A stretch of DNA of 64,000 nt, taken from contig NC_087246.1 of assembly GCF_037042905.1 (NCBI RefSeq), positions 35,774,001 through 35,838,000 on the forward strand, read 5' to 3'. The stretch is from Lytechinus pictus (lineage: Eukaryota). Within the stretch, counting starts at the first letter, position 1. Each line of letters starts with the position of its first letter. Positions 53,378 through 64,000 of the stretch are shown here, one piece after another. The position numbers and the translations under genes are program-made. The notes beneath the pieces were generated by a model that did not search any database, was not told the DNA's origin, and saw only the letters and a list, made by a program, of their open reading frames with translations.

Positions 53378-56300
53378 TCAGTCTGTTTCACTAGATTCAA
53401 CGGATGACGATTCGGCAGAAACAGACGAAGAACGTCTGAAACGAGCTGCAAGTAACGAAAAGAAAAATGATCATGATTATTAACATACGAAGAAACTCCT
53501 TAGATTCATATGTATGCATATCATAAATTATGAATATGAATATATTCTCTATATTCAAGGATAACATATATCTATTCTAATTACTTCGAAATACTTGTAT
53601 ATCGGTGTGTTTTTTATAGTTTGGAAAAGGAGAGATTATAATAACCTAGCCCAGGTAACAATACAGCGTTGGACCAACGTTGGATCAACGTTGGGAATTT
53701 TTTTCCCAACGTTGCCTCAACGTTGGCAGGCCAACGTTGCATCATCGATAGAAGTGCACGCGCATACATCGTCAGACCAACAACATTTCCAACGTTAGTT
53801 CAACGTTGTCCAGCAACAATGTTTCAACGTTGTCTGGCAACGTTGATCCAATGTTGGCTAAATAGACAAATACAACATTGCTACAACGTTGGTAAGCAAC
53901 GTTGTATCATCGATAGAAGTGCACGTCCATACATCGTCAGACCAACAACATTTCCAACGTCAGTTCAACGTTGTCCACCATCAATGCTCCAACGTTGGTA
54001 TAATGTCGGCTGAGTCATCAATAACAGCGTTGCTGCAACGTTGATGGGCAACGTTGAAGCAGCGATGGACGTGCACTTGCATACATCGTCAGTCCAACTA
54101 TGTTTACAACGTTGGTTCAACGCTGTCCAGCAACAATGCTCCAACGTTGTCTGGCAACATTGCTCCAACATTGTTACAACGTTGTCACAACGTTGCTCCA
54201 ACATTGCTCCAACGTTATTCCAACGTATGGCAGTAATTAACAAAACATTAATTGGTTTCAAGGTGAAGTCCACCATTACAACTCTACACTCAAATCTTTA
54301 TCATCATATGTCTTATCCTATCCTAAAATCCTACATCCTAATCCTATATCCTATTCCTATCATCCTACACCTATCCACTGTAACCTGTCATTGACTCCTA
54401 TATATAGAGCAACTTTGCTATACTTGGCAGAATACAGTTAATATCATTTTCCACACTTAACCTTGAATATTTCACTTAGAATAATATGTTTTGATTATAT
54501 ATGATATGGTAATGGAGCCACATACTTTTCTGAAACTTTTCATGGTGGAAATATTGAATAAACATAAATACTCTAATTATTATAGCAATATTACCTAAAA
54601 TTTTGGTCATTTACTGATGTAATGAATATTCATGAGTGCATAATCATTGTCCAGATGAGGCAGGTATGGCAGCGTTGGTCCAATGTTGGTCCAACGTTGG
54701 GTGACGTTGATCCAACGTTGGTATAATGTTGGTCCAATGTTGATGGAAAGTTGATTCAACTTTAGTCCAATGTTAGTCCAACGTTGGCGTAAACGTTGAT
54801 TCAATGTTTGTCTAATATCGGTTAAATGTTGTTGTAACGTTGATTCTTTGTTGGTCTAATTATAAACAAATCCAACGATGCGCCATCTCCATCAAACAGT
54901 TTTCAACACTGTGCCATCATCATCTGTAATCTGTTCATGATTCTATCAAAAAACATTACAACTATTATTACAGCTATTCATTTCTTTTCATTCTTTCTGT
55001 TACAAGTCTCTTCACATAATTAAGAGAAATCAAGATAATTACGTGTGATATTTATTGAGGCCTTTGTAGCATTCAAACTTTTTTGACATCCTCTTTTTCT
55101 CAAACAAGACTAATACCAAAAAAACATATGCATATGTAATAAAAATTAAGATGTATTACATTTTCTTGCGAGTTGCAATCTCTGTTTCTGTCTACAATTG
55201 TTTAATGACTCGGTATGCAATGCCAATTGCAACGTCAGTAATCATCACAAAAACTCACATGTGTAATTGCAGTCTCTCAGTATTTACAAAATCAAAAAAG
55301 GAGGTCGCGTAACTTGGCCTCACTCAGAGTAACGTAGCTACTGCCTACTGTAACTAAAGAGTGCCTCTTTTTGATTAAGATAGAAGTCAACTGATATCTC
55401 AATATGCATGGCCATGGCCTAGTCTCGCTCGTGCCATAACTATTAAATGATATTTCAGCGTCAAGTGTAGCATGCCTCACATAGCAACTACAGGTTTGAC
55501 TGCAGTTGGAAAACACTCGGTCCAGGCTAGGCCAGGCAGGACCGACCAAGTCAATTCAAGGCAGCGTATAATAAATAAGGCAGGAATGCCAGGTAGCAAG
55601 TCATTTGGGTGATTTCAAGTACGGTGTACGGTGTTGAGTGCGTGAAAGGGCTGCTGAACTGAGCTCCAACACCAAGCGTAATATTATTTTTCATTGAAAT
55701 GTAGTAAAACTCTAATGATTTGCTCTCATCTTAAATGTAAAAGATAATTTTACGGAGATGGTTCGTCGTGTTCGCCCCCTGTTCGTAATAGCTACAGTTC
55801 ATCAACACCAACACTGAACTTTAAATCACGATTCTCCCAATCCCTGGGGTACGTCGGTGTTGCTGAATGGGGAAATTGCTTGTAGATCATCAACACCATG
55901 CAGCCACAGTGCAGTGTTGGGTTCAGCAGATGACAATCAACACCAGCCTTCAACACAAACTGCCGGAAATACACCATATTTTCCTAGGTCAATCTTAACA
56001 CCAGCCTGATTCAAGTACGGTGTTGTCACAACACCAACACTAACCCAGGGAGCTCCAGCCCGCTCAGCGGGCCGGAGCCCAGGGGCTTACCGTGTAATTC
56101 ACCATACCCACGGTAGTAGCGTGAAGTATGGTCTAAATAATTATCCGGATAAATAGTTAAAACAGAAATTAAGCACTTACCACGATTATATGGATGAAGG
56201 TCTAACGATTGGCAGCTTCCTGACATCGAGGTCTCAATCGGCCATTTTGTTTTGAATTCTGAAAGAGGAGAGCTACCGCGACAGAACTTTTCGTTTTTTT

Positions 56301-59300
56301 AGGTTCCAGTCTGTGCCTCGAATCGATGTCAGGAAGCTGCCACTCGTTAGACCTTCATCCATATAATCGTGGTAAGTGCTTAATTTCTGTTTTAACTATT
56401 TATTCGGATAATTATTTAATATTTAGACCATACTTCACGCTACTACCGTGGGTATGGTGAATTACACGGTAAGCCCCTGGGCTCCGGCCCGCGCAGCGGG
56501 CCGGAGCTCCCTGGGTTACACTCACACGTATTGCCAGGTTAGTATTAGTATACTGGGTTACACCAACACCAGATTTCAACACTGTACGTACTTGAATTTT
56601 GAAAATCATCCAATGACTGTTGCCTTGCCATTGGTATCGCATACTCGTTCCCACTCACACGTATTGCGAGGTTAGTATTAGTCACTCACACAAGCTAATT
56701 ACGAGGTTAGTTAGTATGTTATACTGTGCAGTGACTAGTGTTAAGTACTACTTTACTACTACTTACAGTACACGAATATACTAGCGTCGGACTGTACGCA
56801 CACAGAAGCTGACTCCGGGATCTTTCGGAGGGGATCAATGGTTGCAGTTACCGATTATCTGCAAGTGCAAAGAAAATTCAACTGTAGATTGTAGGTCCTA
56901 AATATACAGCTTATAAGTACTGTTCCAGATCACTAGATATTCTGGAATTTACTTATCTATATCCACTATCCAGTCCAAATTCTGCCAGATTCTTCAAGTT
57001 CAAAATTGAAGGAAGCAGACTACACAGACATGACAGGAGTCCGACGTCGCGACTAATTCTGCGCATCAGAATAGTATGGTATTTTTAAATAGGCACATTT
57101 GATGCTTGTATTTCCTTCTTCAATTTCTTCTAGTTATGTGACGGTAGGCCTATGACATATCTCGTACTTACTGTGAAAGGCCTTGCCAGCTGCAAAGGAT
57201 CGACGAGGGCGTTTCTGGAAATTCTGGTCTTGAACTACATTTTTTTTCTTGTTTTTCTTCTTTATTTTCTATATTAATCGACACATTTGCATCCCCAGGT
57301 GCATGCAGCCTCTCTATTCTACCCCATCTTTATTTTTGTTTTCCCCTTAGACTTAGTTTTAGTTCCTCTTTCCCTTCCCATTATTTTCCTTCTCTCTCGA
57401 TTTCTTTTCCCCTTATTGCTGGGGGATACCAAGGGTGACATGGATAGACAAGCAAACTTACTTGATCGACCCCCCCCCCCTTGGCCCCATTGGAAATTAT
57501 GCCAGTAGTCTTGTCTTGTCTTGGGTTAAGTCGGCATATGCAGACTTGCTGTACTCCGCCAACTTTATCAATTATCAATTCTCCAATGAACCAGTTTCTA
57601 ACGTTCTCAACACTGTGTATATTATGCCAGGATATTATGTTGACTGTCAAACAAATATCCAACAAACTATAGTTTCCAACATTGTGTCAATGTTAACTGT
57701 CCAATAAACTATTCCAATTACGCTGTCCACGTTGTGCCATTGTCCGTTGTTCAACAACTCTCCATCAAACTAGTTTCCAACTTTGTCAACGTTGTGCCAT
57801 TGTCGACTGTCCAACAAATCTCCAAGAAAATAGTTTCCAACGTTGTTCCTTTGTCGGTTGTTCAGCAACTCTCCATCGAACTAGTTTCCGACGTAGTCAA
57901 CGCTGTGCCTTTGTTGGCTGTTCAACACCTATCCAATCAAACACGCGTTTCCAACGTTGTGACGTTGTTGGCTGTCCAACAAATCTCCAACACACTAGTT
58001 TCCAATGTTGTGCCATTGTCTGTTGTTCAACAACTTTCCAACGTTGCCAACGTTGTGTCATCGTCGACTATCCTACTGATCTCCAATCTACCAGTTTCCA
58101 ACGTTGTGCCAGTGTCAGTTGTTCAACGACTTTCCATCTAACTAGTTTCCAGCTTTATCAACGTTGTGTCATTGTATACTATCTAACTAATCTCCAATCT
58201 ACCAGTTTCCAACGTTGTGCCATCGTCGACTATCCAACAAATCTCCATCGAACTAGTTTCTAGCTTTGACAACGTTGTGCCATAGTTGGTTGTTCAACAA
58301 CTTTCCATCGAACTAGTTTCCAACGTTGCCAACCTTGTGTCATCGTTGACTATCCAACTAATCTCCAACCTACTAATTTCCATCGTTGTGCCATTGTCGA
58401 CTGTCCAACAACTCTCCAACTAACAAGTTTCCAACGTTGCCAACGTCGTGTCATTGTTGATTGTTCAACAACTTTCCAGCGAACTAGTTTCCAACGTTGC
58501 CAACGTTGTGTCTTTGCTGGCTGTCAACAACTATCCAATCAAACGTGTCTCCAACGTTGTGACATTGTCGACTGTCCAACAACTCTCCAACTTACTAGTC
58601 TCCAACGTTGTGCCATTGTCGACCGTCCAACAAATCTCCAACAAACTAGTTTCCAACTTTGTCAACGTTGTGCCATTGTCGGTTGTTCAACAACTTTCCA
58701 GCGAACTAGTTTCCAACGTTGCCAACGTTGTGTCTTTGCTGGCTGTCAACAACTATCCAATCAAACGTGTCTCCAACGTTGTGACATTGTCGACTGTCCA
58801 ACAACTCTCCAACTTACTAGTCTCCAACGTTGTGCCATTGTCGACCGTCCAACAAATCTCCAACAAACTAGTTTCCAACTTTGTCAACGTTGTGCCATTG
58901 TCGGTTGTTCAACAACTTTCCAGCGAACTAGTTTCCAACGTTGCCAACGTTGTGCCTTTGCTGGCTGTTCAACAACTATCCAATCAAACGTGTTTCCAAC
59001 GTTGTGACATTGTCGACTGTCCAACAACTCTCCGACTAACAAGTTTCCAACGTTGCCAACGTCGTGTCATTGTTGATTGTCCATCATCTTTCCATCAAAC
59101 TAGTTTCCAACGTCGATTCAACGTTAATCCATCAAGTTTTCCCAACGTCCAACGACTTTCAAGTTTCCAACGTGGAGCCAACGTTGGCTTGTTACCTGGG
59201 AGATATTTCGTTTGATATGTGAATAAAGAAGGCCAGAAAATTGTAAAAGAGAGAAAGAGAATTAAAATGCTGATAATTATGATGGAAATGCTAATTCTAT

Positions 59301-61478
59301 TCAAAAGTTTCAGTGAGTTCAACTATGTAAACCGAGAAGAGGAACAATCTATAAGAGGATCTTTTGCATGTGTGTCATAAATGCATTTGGACGAGATCAC
59401 AGTGTCAACAAAAGTACAAACAATGGCATAAGGGTATTTGAAGATATTACTTACCTGTAGATGAACAGTCGACAACTTCAAGGCAAATTTTTTCCAAGAT
59501 TTCACAGGCATAAGCGCTATTCTGCTCTCCTTCCTCTACCAAACACACCATATTATTCTCAGCTCCATCAAACAATTCCTGTTCAGTAAGGGTAAGGCGT
59601 CCTCTTAGATCTTCTTCACACGTGTCAACCACCTGCCTGTATCTGTCACATAGGGCTTCGAACTGTGCAGTGCGATCAGTAGTTTGGGCTACAAATCAAG
59701 GAAATTATCAAATCATGATTTTTCGTTGAATTTACCAGTAACATAAATGAATAACCAGTGGAGCAATAAGCCCAAAAGAATTGAGGTGGCAAAATATGGC
59801 GTATCGGGAAAAAAAATTATACATATAAAAGCGAGCGTGCAAAAATGTCGTCATTTTTATTTTCAAAATCCTTTTTTTGTGATAATTTTGACATAACATT
59901 TAGAAAATAATATATTTCATCCTTCTCTCTTTCTTTCCTTTCCTTTTTGTCTTGTTCGTAAAACTTTTGAGGATGGCAAGCGCCCCCATGACCCCCCCCC
60001 CCCCCCCCGTCTGTGCGCCAGTGAGAATCAATATAGTACAAGACAAAAACAATCAGCTCTATTCTTACCAATGGTGAGGACAGAACATGGCAAAACTTCA
60101 ATCTCATTTATGGGTTCACAAATCTGGAATAGCCTTCCTGATGAAGTAAAACGGCTTAAATCTGTAATTCCTTCCGCAGAGCTCTTAAAAACATTTTCAT
60201 ACAAGAATATTCATGAGTTCCTCAATCATTTGTAAATATTGTATATATGTTTTAATTCATTTGTATGCAATTCTTGCTTTTACCCTATTGTGCTAGACCT
60301 ATTATTTTGTTTTATACACTAGTTATGTTATTTGTCGAAGAGCATGATTTGTTAACTTACTATTTAAACGTTCATGCTATCAATTATGATTATGTATATT
60401 GTAGGATAGGGTCTCCACGTCCACTAGCAGTACTTGCTATTTTTGTGGAGTCCTATTACCATTAAAGTTTATATGACAATTTACCCTGTATCAATGTATT
60501 TTGACATTATTTGGTAATAAATTCAGTTCAGTTCAGTAACAAATCTATGATTTATATTGTGCAATAATAATCTGCACCATCATGATAAAACCAAAATCAT
60601 TGCACCAAAATGAACAAATTGACAAGTTTGGTTGTGAAATGTGGGGAAAATATTAACATCCCCCAAACATAGATGTATCATATATAAAAGCGATTTCAAA
60701 ATGATGAACTATACCCAAGTGAGGAATATATCTGCAAATTTCGATTTTTCTCTATTAATTCTTAAATGAAAAAATGAAAAAAATATATACCTTTGGCTGC
60801 CATCGCAAAAACTGCAACGAGACACAAACAAACGCAAAAAGTTTTTACCTGTAGAAGGGAAAATAAATAAAATATTCAATTCATTTGCATACTCTAACAT
60901 CATAGTTTAAATAATCCAAGAATTAATTGAAATTTAGGTAAGACTGTCTTTTTGGAAACAACTTTAAGGATCTTTTCGGGTAAATTCCCTTGTTCATTAA
61001 AATTAGACTTTATTTCTTTACATAGATCTCGCAAGATAAATAACACCCCCCCCCCCTCAAAAAAAAGGAAAGGAATAAATAAATAAAATAAGTAATAAAA
61101 TAAAACAGGATGAAGAGTGATAATTAAATGGAATTAAAAAAATATAACATAAAATAATATAAAAATTGTAAAATTGAAGGAATTCAAAGATAATAAACCT
61201 AATGATTAAAATAGATGGAATTTAATAGCATATACCATTGGCGGACAAAAACATAAAGGTATACCCCGAATTGTGAGATCGTATATAAACCTCTGCTTTG
61301 GTATAATACATATATCTATTTCTATTTCACTGTAAACACTTTCAGAAAGAAATTAAGGCCCATGTCATCAAATTCGTTCTTTTTTTCTCATTATATCCAT
61401 AATATCAGATTTACACAGTTAGAACAGTCTCTGCTGGAATAATTTGAAAAATAATATTGGACTTACCGATTGAGCCAT
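53378..61478 (-). CDS. G7: recent duplicate of G6, 123 aa; exons 61467-61478, 60791-60848, 59455-59688, 53378-53445
   Basis: Same exon lengths as G6 (12/58/234/68), intact frame and splice sites, 11 aa differences from G6. Intron 3 is enlarged by a 5.55-kb transposon and intron 2 by a LINE fragment and a MITE. TATAAAA at 61567-61573 (-). Confidence 0.85.
53650..59200. mobile_element. 5.55-kb non-autonomous DNA transposon (CMC/EnSpm-like) in G7 intron 3
   Basis: Perfect 12-bp TIRs CCCAGGTAACAA / TTGTTACCTGGG with a 2-bp TSD AG. Subterminal arrays of CAACGTTG lie at 53660-54850 and 57590-59190. The element is absent from the G6 intron, and no transposase ORF is visible. Confidence 0.85.
59756..60023. 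mobile_element. Poly-C MITE (cagtgg...ccagtg)
   Basis: Termini resemble the other hAT-type MITEs. It is absent from the G6 copy. Confidence 0.55.
60024..60536 (+). mobile_element. 5'-truncated CR1/L2-type LINE 3' end in G7 intron 2
   Basis: Translates to NQYSTRQKQSALFLPMVRTEHGKTSISFMGSQIWNSLPDEVK, the typical ORF2 C-terminal motif. It ends in AATAAA + (TTCAG)3. Confidence 0.7.
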
Positions 61479-61539
61479 TTCAGGAGTTTTGCTGAGTCAA
61501 GAGCTTTGAAAAAAATATTTTTTTCGAATGCTGATGAGT

Positions 61540-61573
61540 GAGTGATTAATGACTGTATTTTCTCCCTTTTATA
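61540..61573 (-). promoter_or_regulatory. G7 core promoter (TATA + Inr)
   Basis: TATAAAA lies 30 nt upstream of TCACTC. Confidence 0.65.
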
Positions 61574-64000
61574 GTATTTCAACATAATCAAAATTTAGGT
61601 AGGAAATGTTTGGCTTTTATGATTGCGAGATTACAATATGATATGATAATTATGACAGTTTAAGATTTGAACAAAGGGATATTTTACGTAATTTGCTTGT
61701 GAAAGGTAAAACTGTCATTACGAATTTCGTTTCTAAATATATGCGTAATTAATATCTGCACCATTAATATGAAGTTGACAGTTTGAAAGGTCAAAATAAA
61801 AATAAAATAAAATAAAACGAATGAACGACCAACTAATACGTTTGTATTGAGATCCAATGATTATCTTCCCCCCCCCCTACTATCTCCCTCAGTCTCACCT
61901 AAAGGGAATTGACACTGTCGATTAATAATGTTGTTTTTATTTACCTTTGAAAGTAAATGAAACAATGAGAGTCATTTGGCGACCGATCGCTTGTTTGAAG
62001 TTTTCATTTGGAAATACAGTGAATTAACTTGTGTTGTAGTCTAGTGTCAATCGTCATGACCATTGTGAAGAAATGGGGATACAACAGGAGGTCTCACGTC
62101 TTTCACAAAATTTAAAGAATTAAGGATGACTTAACGGATGGTGCGTCAGAGCCACAGTGAAGATAACCATTTTGGTTTTAATTTTGATTTATTTTTGGTT
62201 TATTTCATTTCTGTATCCATTTTTTTTTCAACATACAAATCAGAGATACATAATTAAAGGGTGTTTCTTTTAAAAAAGGGTAACCGAAGTTCAAAGGTCA
62301 GTTATATCAGGAATACGTGATATATTATTGTGATATCTATTTTACATAACTGAGTAACTCATCAACTTTCATCGACACCTTGCTTGCGCCACAATTCGGA
62401 GCCAGTTCGGAGTTCCATTCTGCGCATGATCAGAAGAAGGTCATTTGTACTAAAGTGACGAGGTGGTTTGATATTTAATGAGATAAGCACCAACTTTGAT
62501 GTCTTGATTATTCATATATTCTTTTGAATTGGGTTTCCATTAGATAAAACTAAAAACAACAATGCGTCCATTAGCGACTGGTATTTCACAGTTGGCCAAA
62601 TACATTGATATAACAAACAAACAAACTAGAAAACCTATCTTATTACAGCTTGTGAACCAATTTGGTCCATTGTCTTGATAAAAATGGTACTGATGCCAGG
62701 AGCGTAAACATTTCCCCCATTGTGCTAAAATAGCAATTAAAAAAAGAACATAAAAATAAAGATGAAATCGGAGGGTCTAATTTTTACTCCTAGAGGATAG
62801 GAGATAGGACTTGTATTGCATATCTGACCAGGGCACCGTCTTACAAAGTGTTACGATTGATCCGGTCACTTTCACGTATATGGAAATCCATCATTGTCAT
62901 AATTTTTTCTTTAGGAAATTTGCTAATTGGTCCTTTGAAAACAAAAAGAAGCATACTGAATTGTCAAGAAAACAGTGGAGGTAAGAAAATATGCATCATA
63001 TCTAGAAAATATTTTGAACAAACATGTATGTTAGATGTTGACGTTGCTGGCTTTCCATAGTTGTGGTTGATTGGATCAATCGTAACTCTTTGTAAGACGG
63101 GGCCCAGGAAAAAACGGTATGCCGACCGTCTCATTTCGAAAATAAATCATCTCGTGACGAGATGTTTTTTATCACGTGAAACGTTGAATAGCCCTAATAC
63201 TTCAGCTAGTCACATAATTCCAAAAGTTAAGTGATAATTCTTTTGCATTTAGCAAAGGAAGTTCAGTGATTACCCTTCCTAGAATCAGTGTCAAATGGCA
63301 AATTACACTTTTGTCAATCAGCTATATCGATTCAAAAATCTTGGGAATGGATTGGGTCGAATGAATGTATTTTGCCTTCATGTTGTAATTATGCTCATGC
63401 CACATAATTGTAAGCAATTTGGTCAGTATACTGACTTGGATACTTTCATCACTTCAGTGGACAGTGAAAAATAATATATTGAGACAAATGTTCGACTCTT
63501 TAATACATTTTGTCTGCTGGCTGTTAAAGTTTGGATTTCATTTCATTTGGACATGAAAGTAGAGCACAGGACAGAGAAGGTAAAATTTATTTCCTGCTCT
63601 GCGTATAATTTCGGGTTTCTAGTTTTAAAATGGTACAGGTAATGTTAATTCAGCTCTAACTTTGCAGAATAAAAAAAAATGAAAGAAATAACACCATATG
63701 ATTATTCAAGACAAACTGTGCTGTCTTGCTCATAGTATTCCTGAACCAGGCAAATGGCAAGCCACACGTTTGATCTTAACAGTAAGAGAATAATAGAATA
63801 ATTAATGGTATCGAAAGTTCCTGAAAATAAAATGATATTTCGTGTCGGACTGCAGCTTTAAAGATAAAATGGGGCCAAATTTAAGGGGAAAAAAGTATTC
63901 AATAAAACCAGAATCGTTAAAAAACCCATAGCGAGTGTATATACGTTGTATTTTTTTTTTTTTACTGAATGGACGCTTCAAAAAGATCTGCTTCACTAAT

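Larger units (their letters stand above)
52665..64000. repeat. Segmental duplication copy B (contains G7), runs off the window end
   Basis: Colinear with 44320-49420 once the insertions at 53650-59200 and ~59756-60536 are removed. Confidence 0.9.

Noticed and set aside
53595-54804. Cluster of overlapping Cys/Gln-rich ORFs
   Set aside because: They derive from the same transposon's left subterminal repeats.
57734-59215. Long repetitive ORFs (VSNVVPLS...; 135 and 255 aa)
   Set aside because: They are translations of the CAACGTTG subterminal arrays of the transposon, with no domain or gene structure.

Overview
AT-rich eukaryotic (animal) genomic DNA with GT-AG introns, microsatellites, two assembly gaps and many non-autonomous DNA transposons. 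The repeat landscape resembles a sea urchin or other echinoderm (inference). Most ORFs in the supplied track are spurious. Splicing by hand gives 8 intact genes. Seven (G1-G7; six on - and one on +) form a tandem family of small secreted proteins of 123-165 aa with one shared four-exon plan: a 12-nt first coding exon, a signal-peptide exon, one phase 1-1 exon encoding a six-cysteine domain, and a paralog-specific tail exon. The domain pattern is C-x2-[YF]-x6-10-C-x24-44-C-x10-15-C-x6-C-x5-10-C. The tails are Pro/Thr-rich, basic, or a furin site followed by a Ser/Glu peptide. I do not recognise this domain as a named family. The eighth gene, in the middle of the array, has two coding exons and encodes a cytosolic-type P-loop sulfotransferase-like protein. 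G6 and G7 sit in a recent tandem duplication. G7 carries a 5.55-kb CCC...GGG transposon with a central mirror-image promoter-like palindrome.
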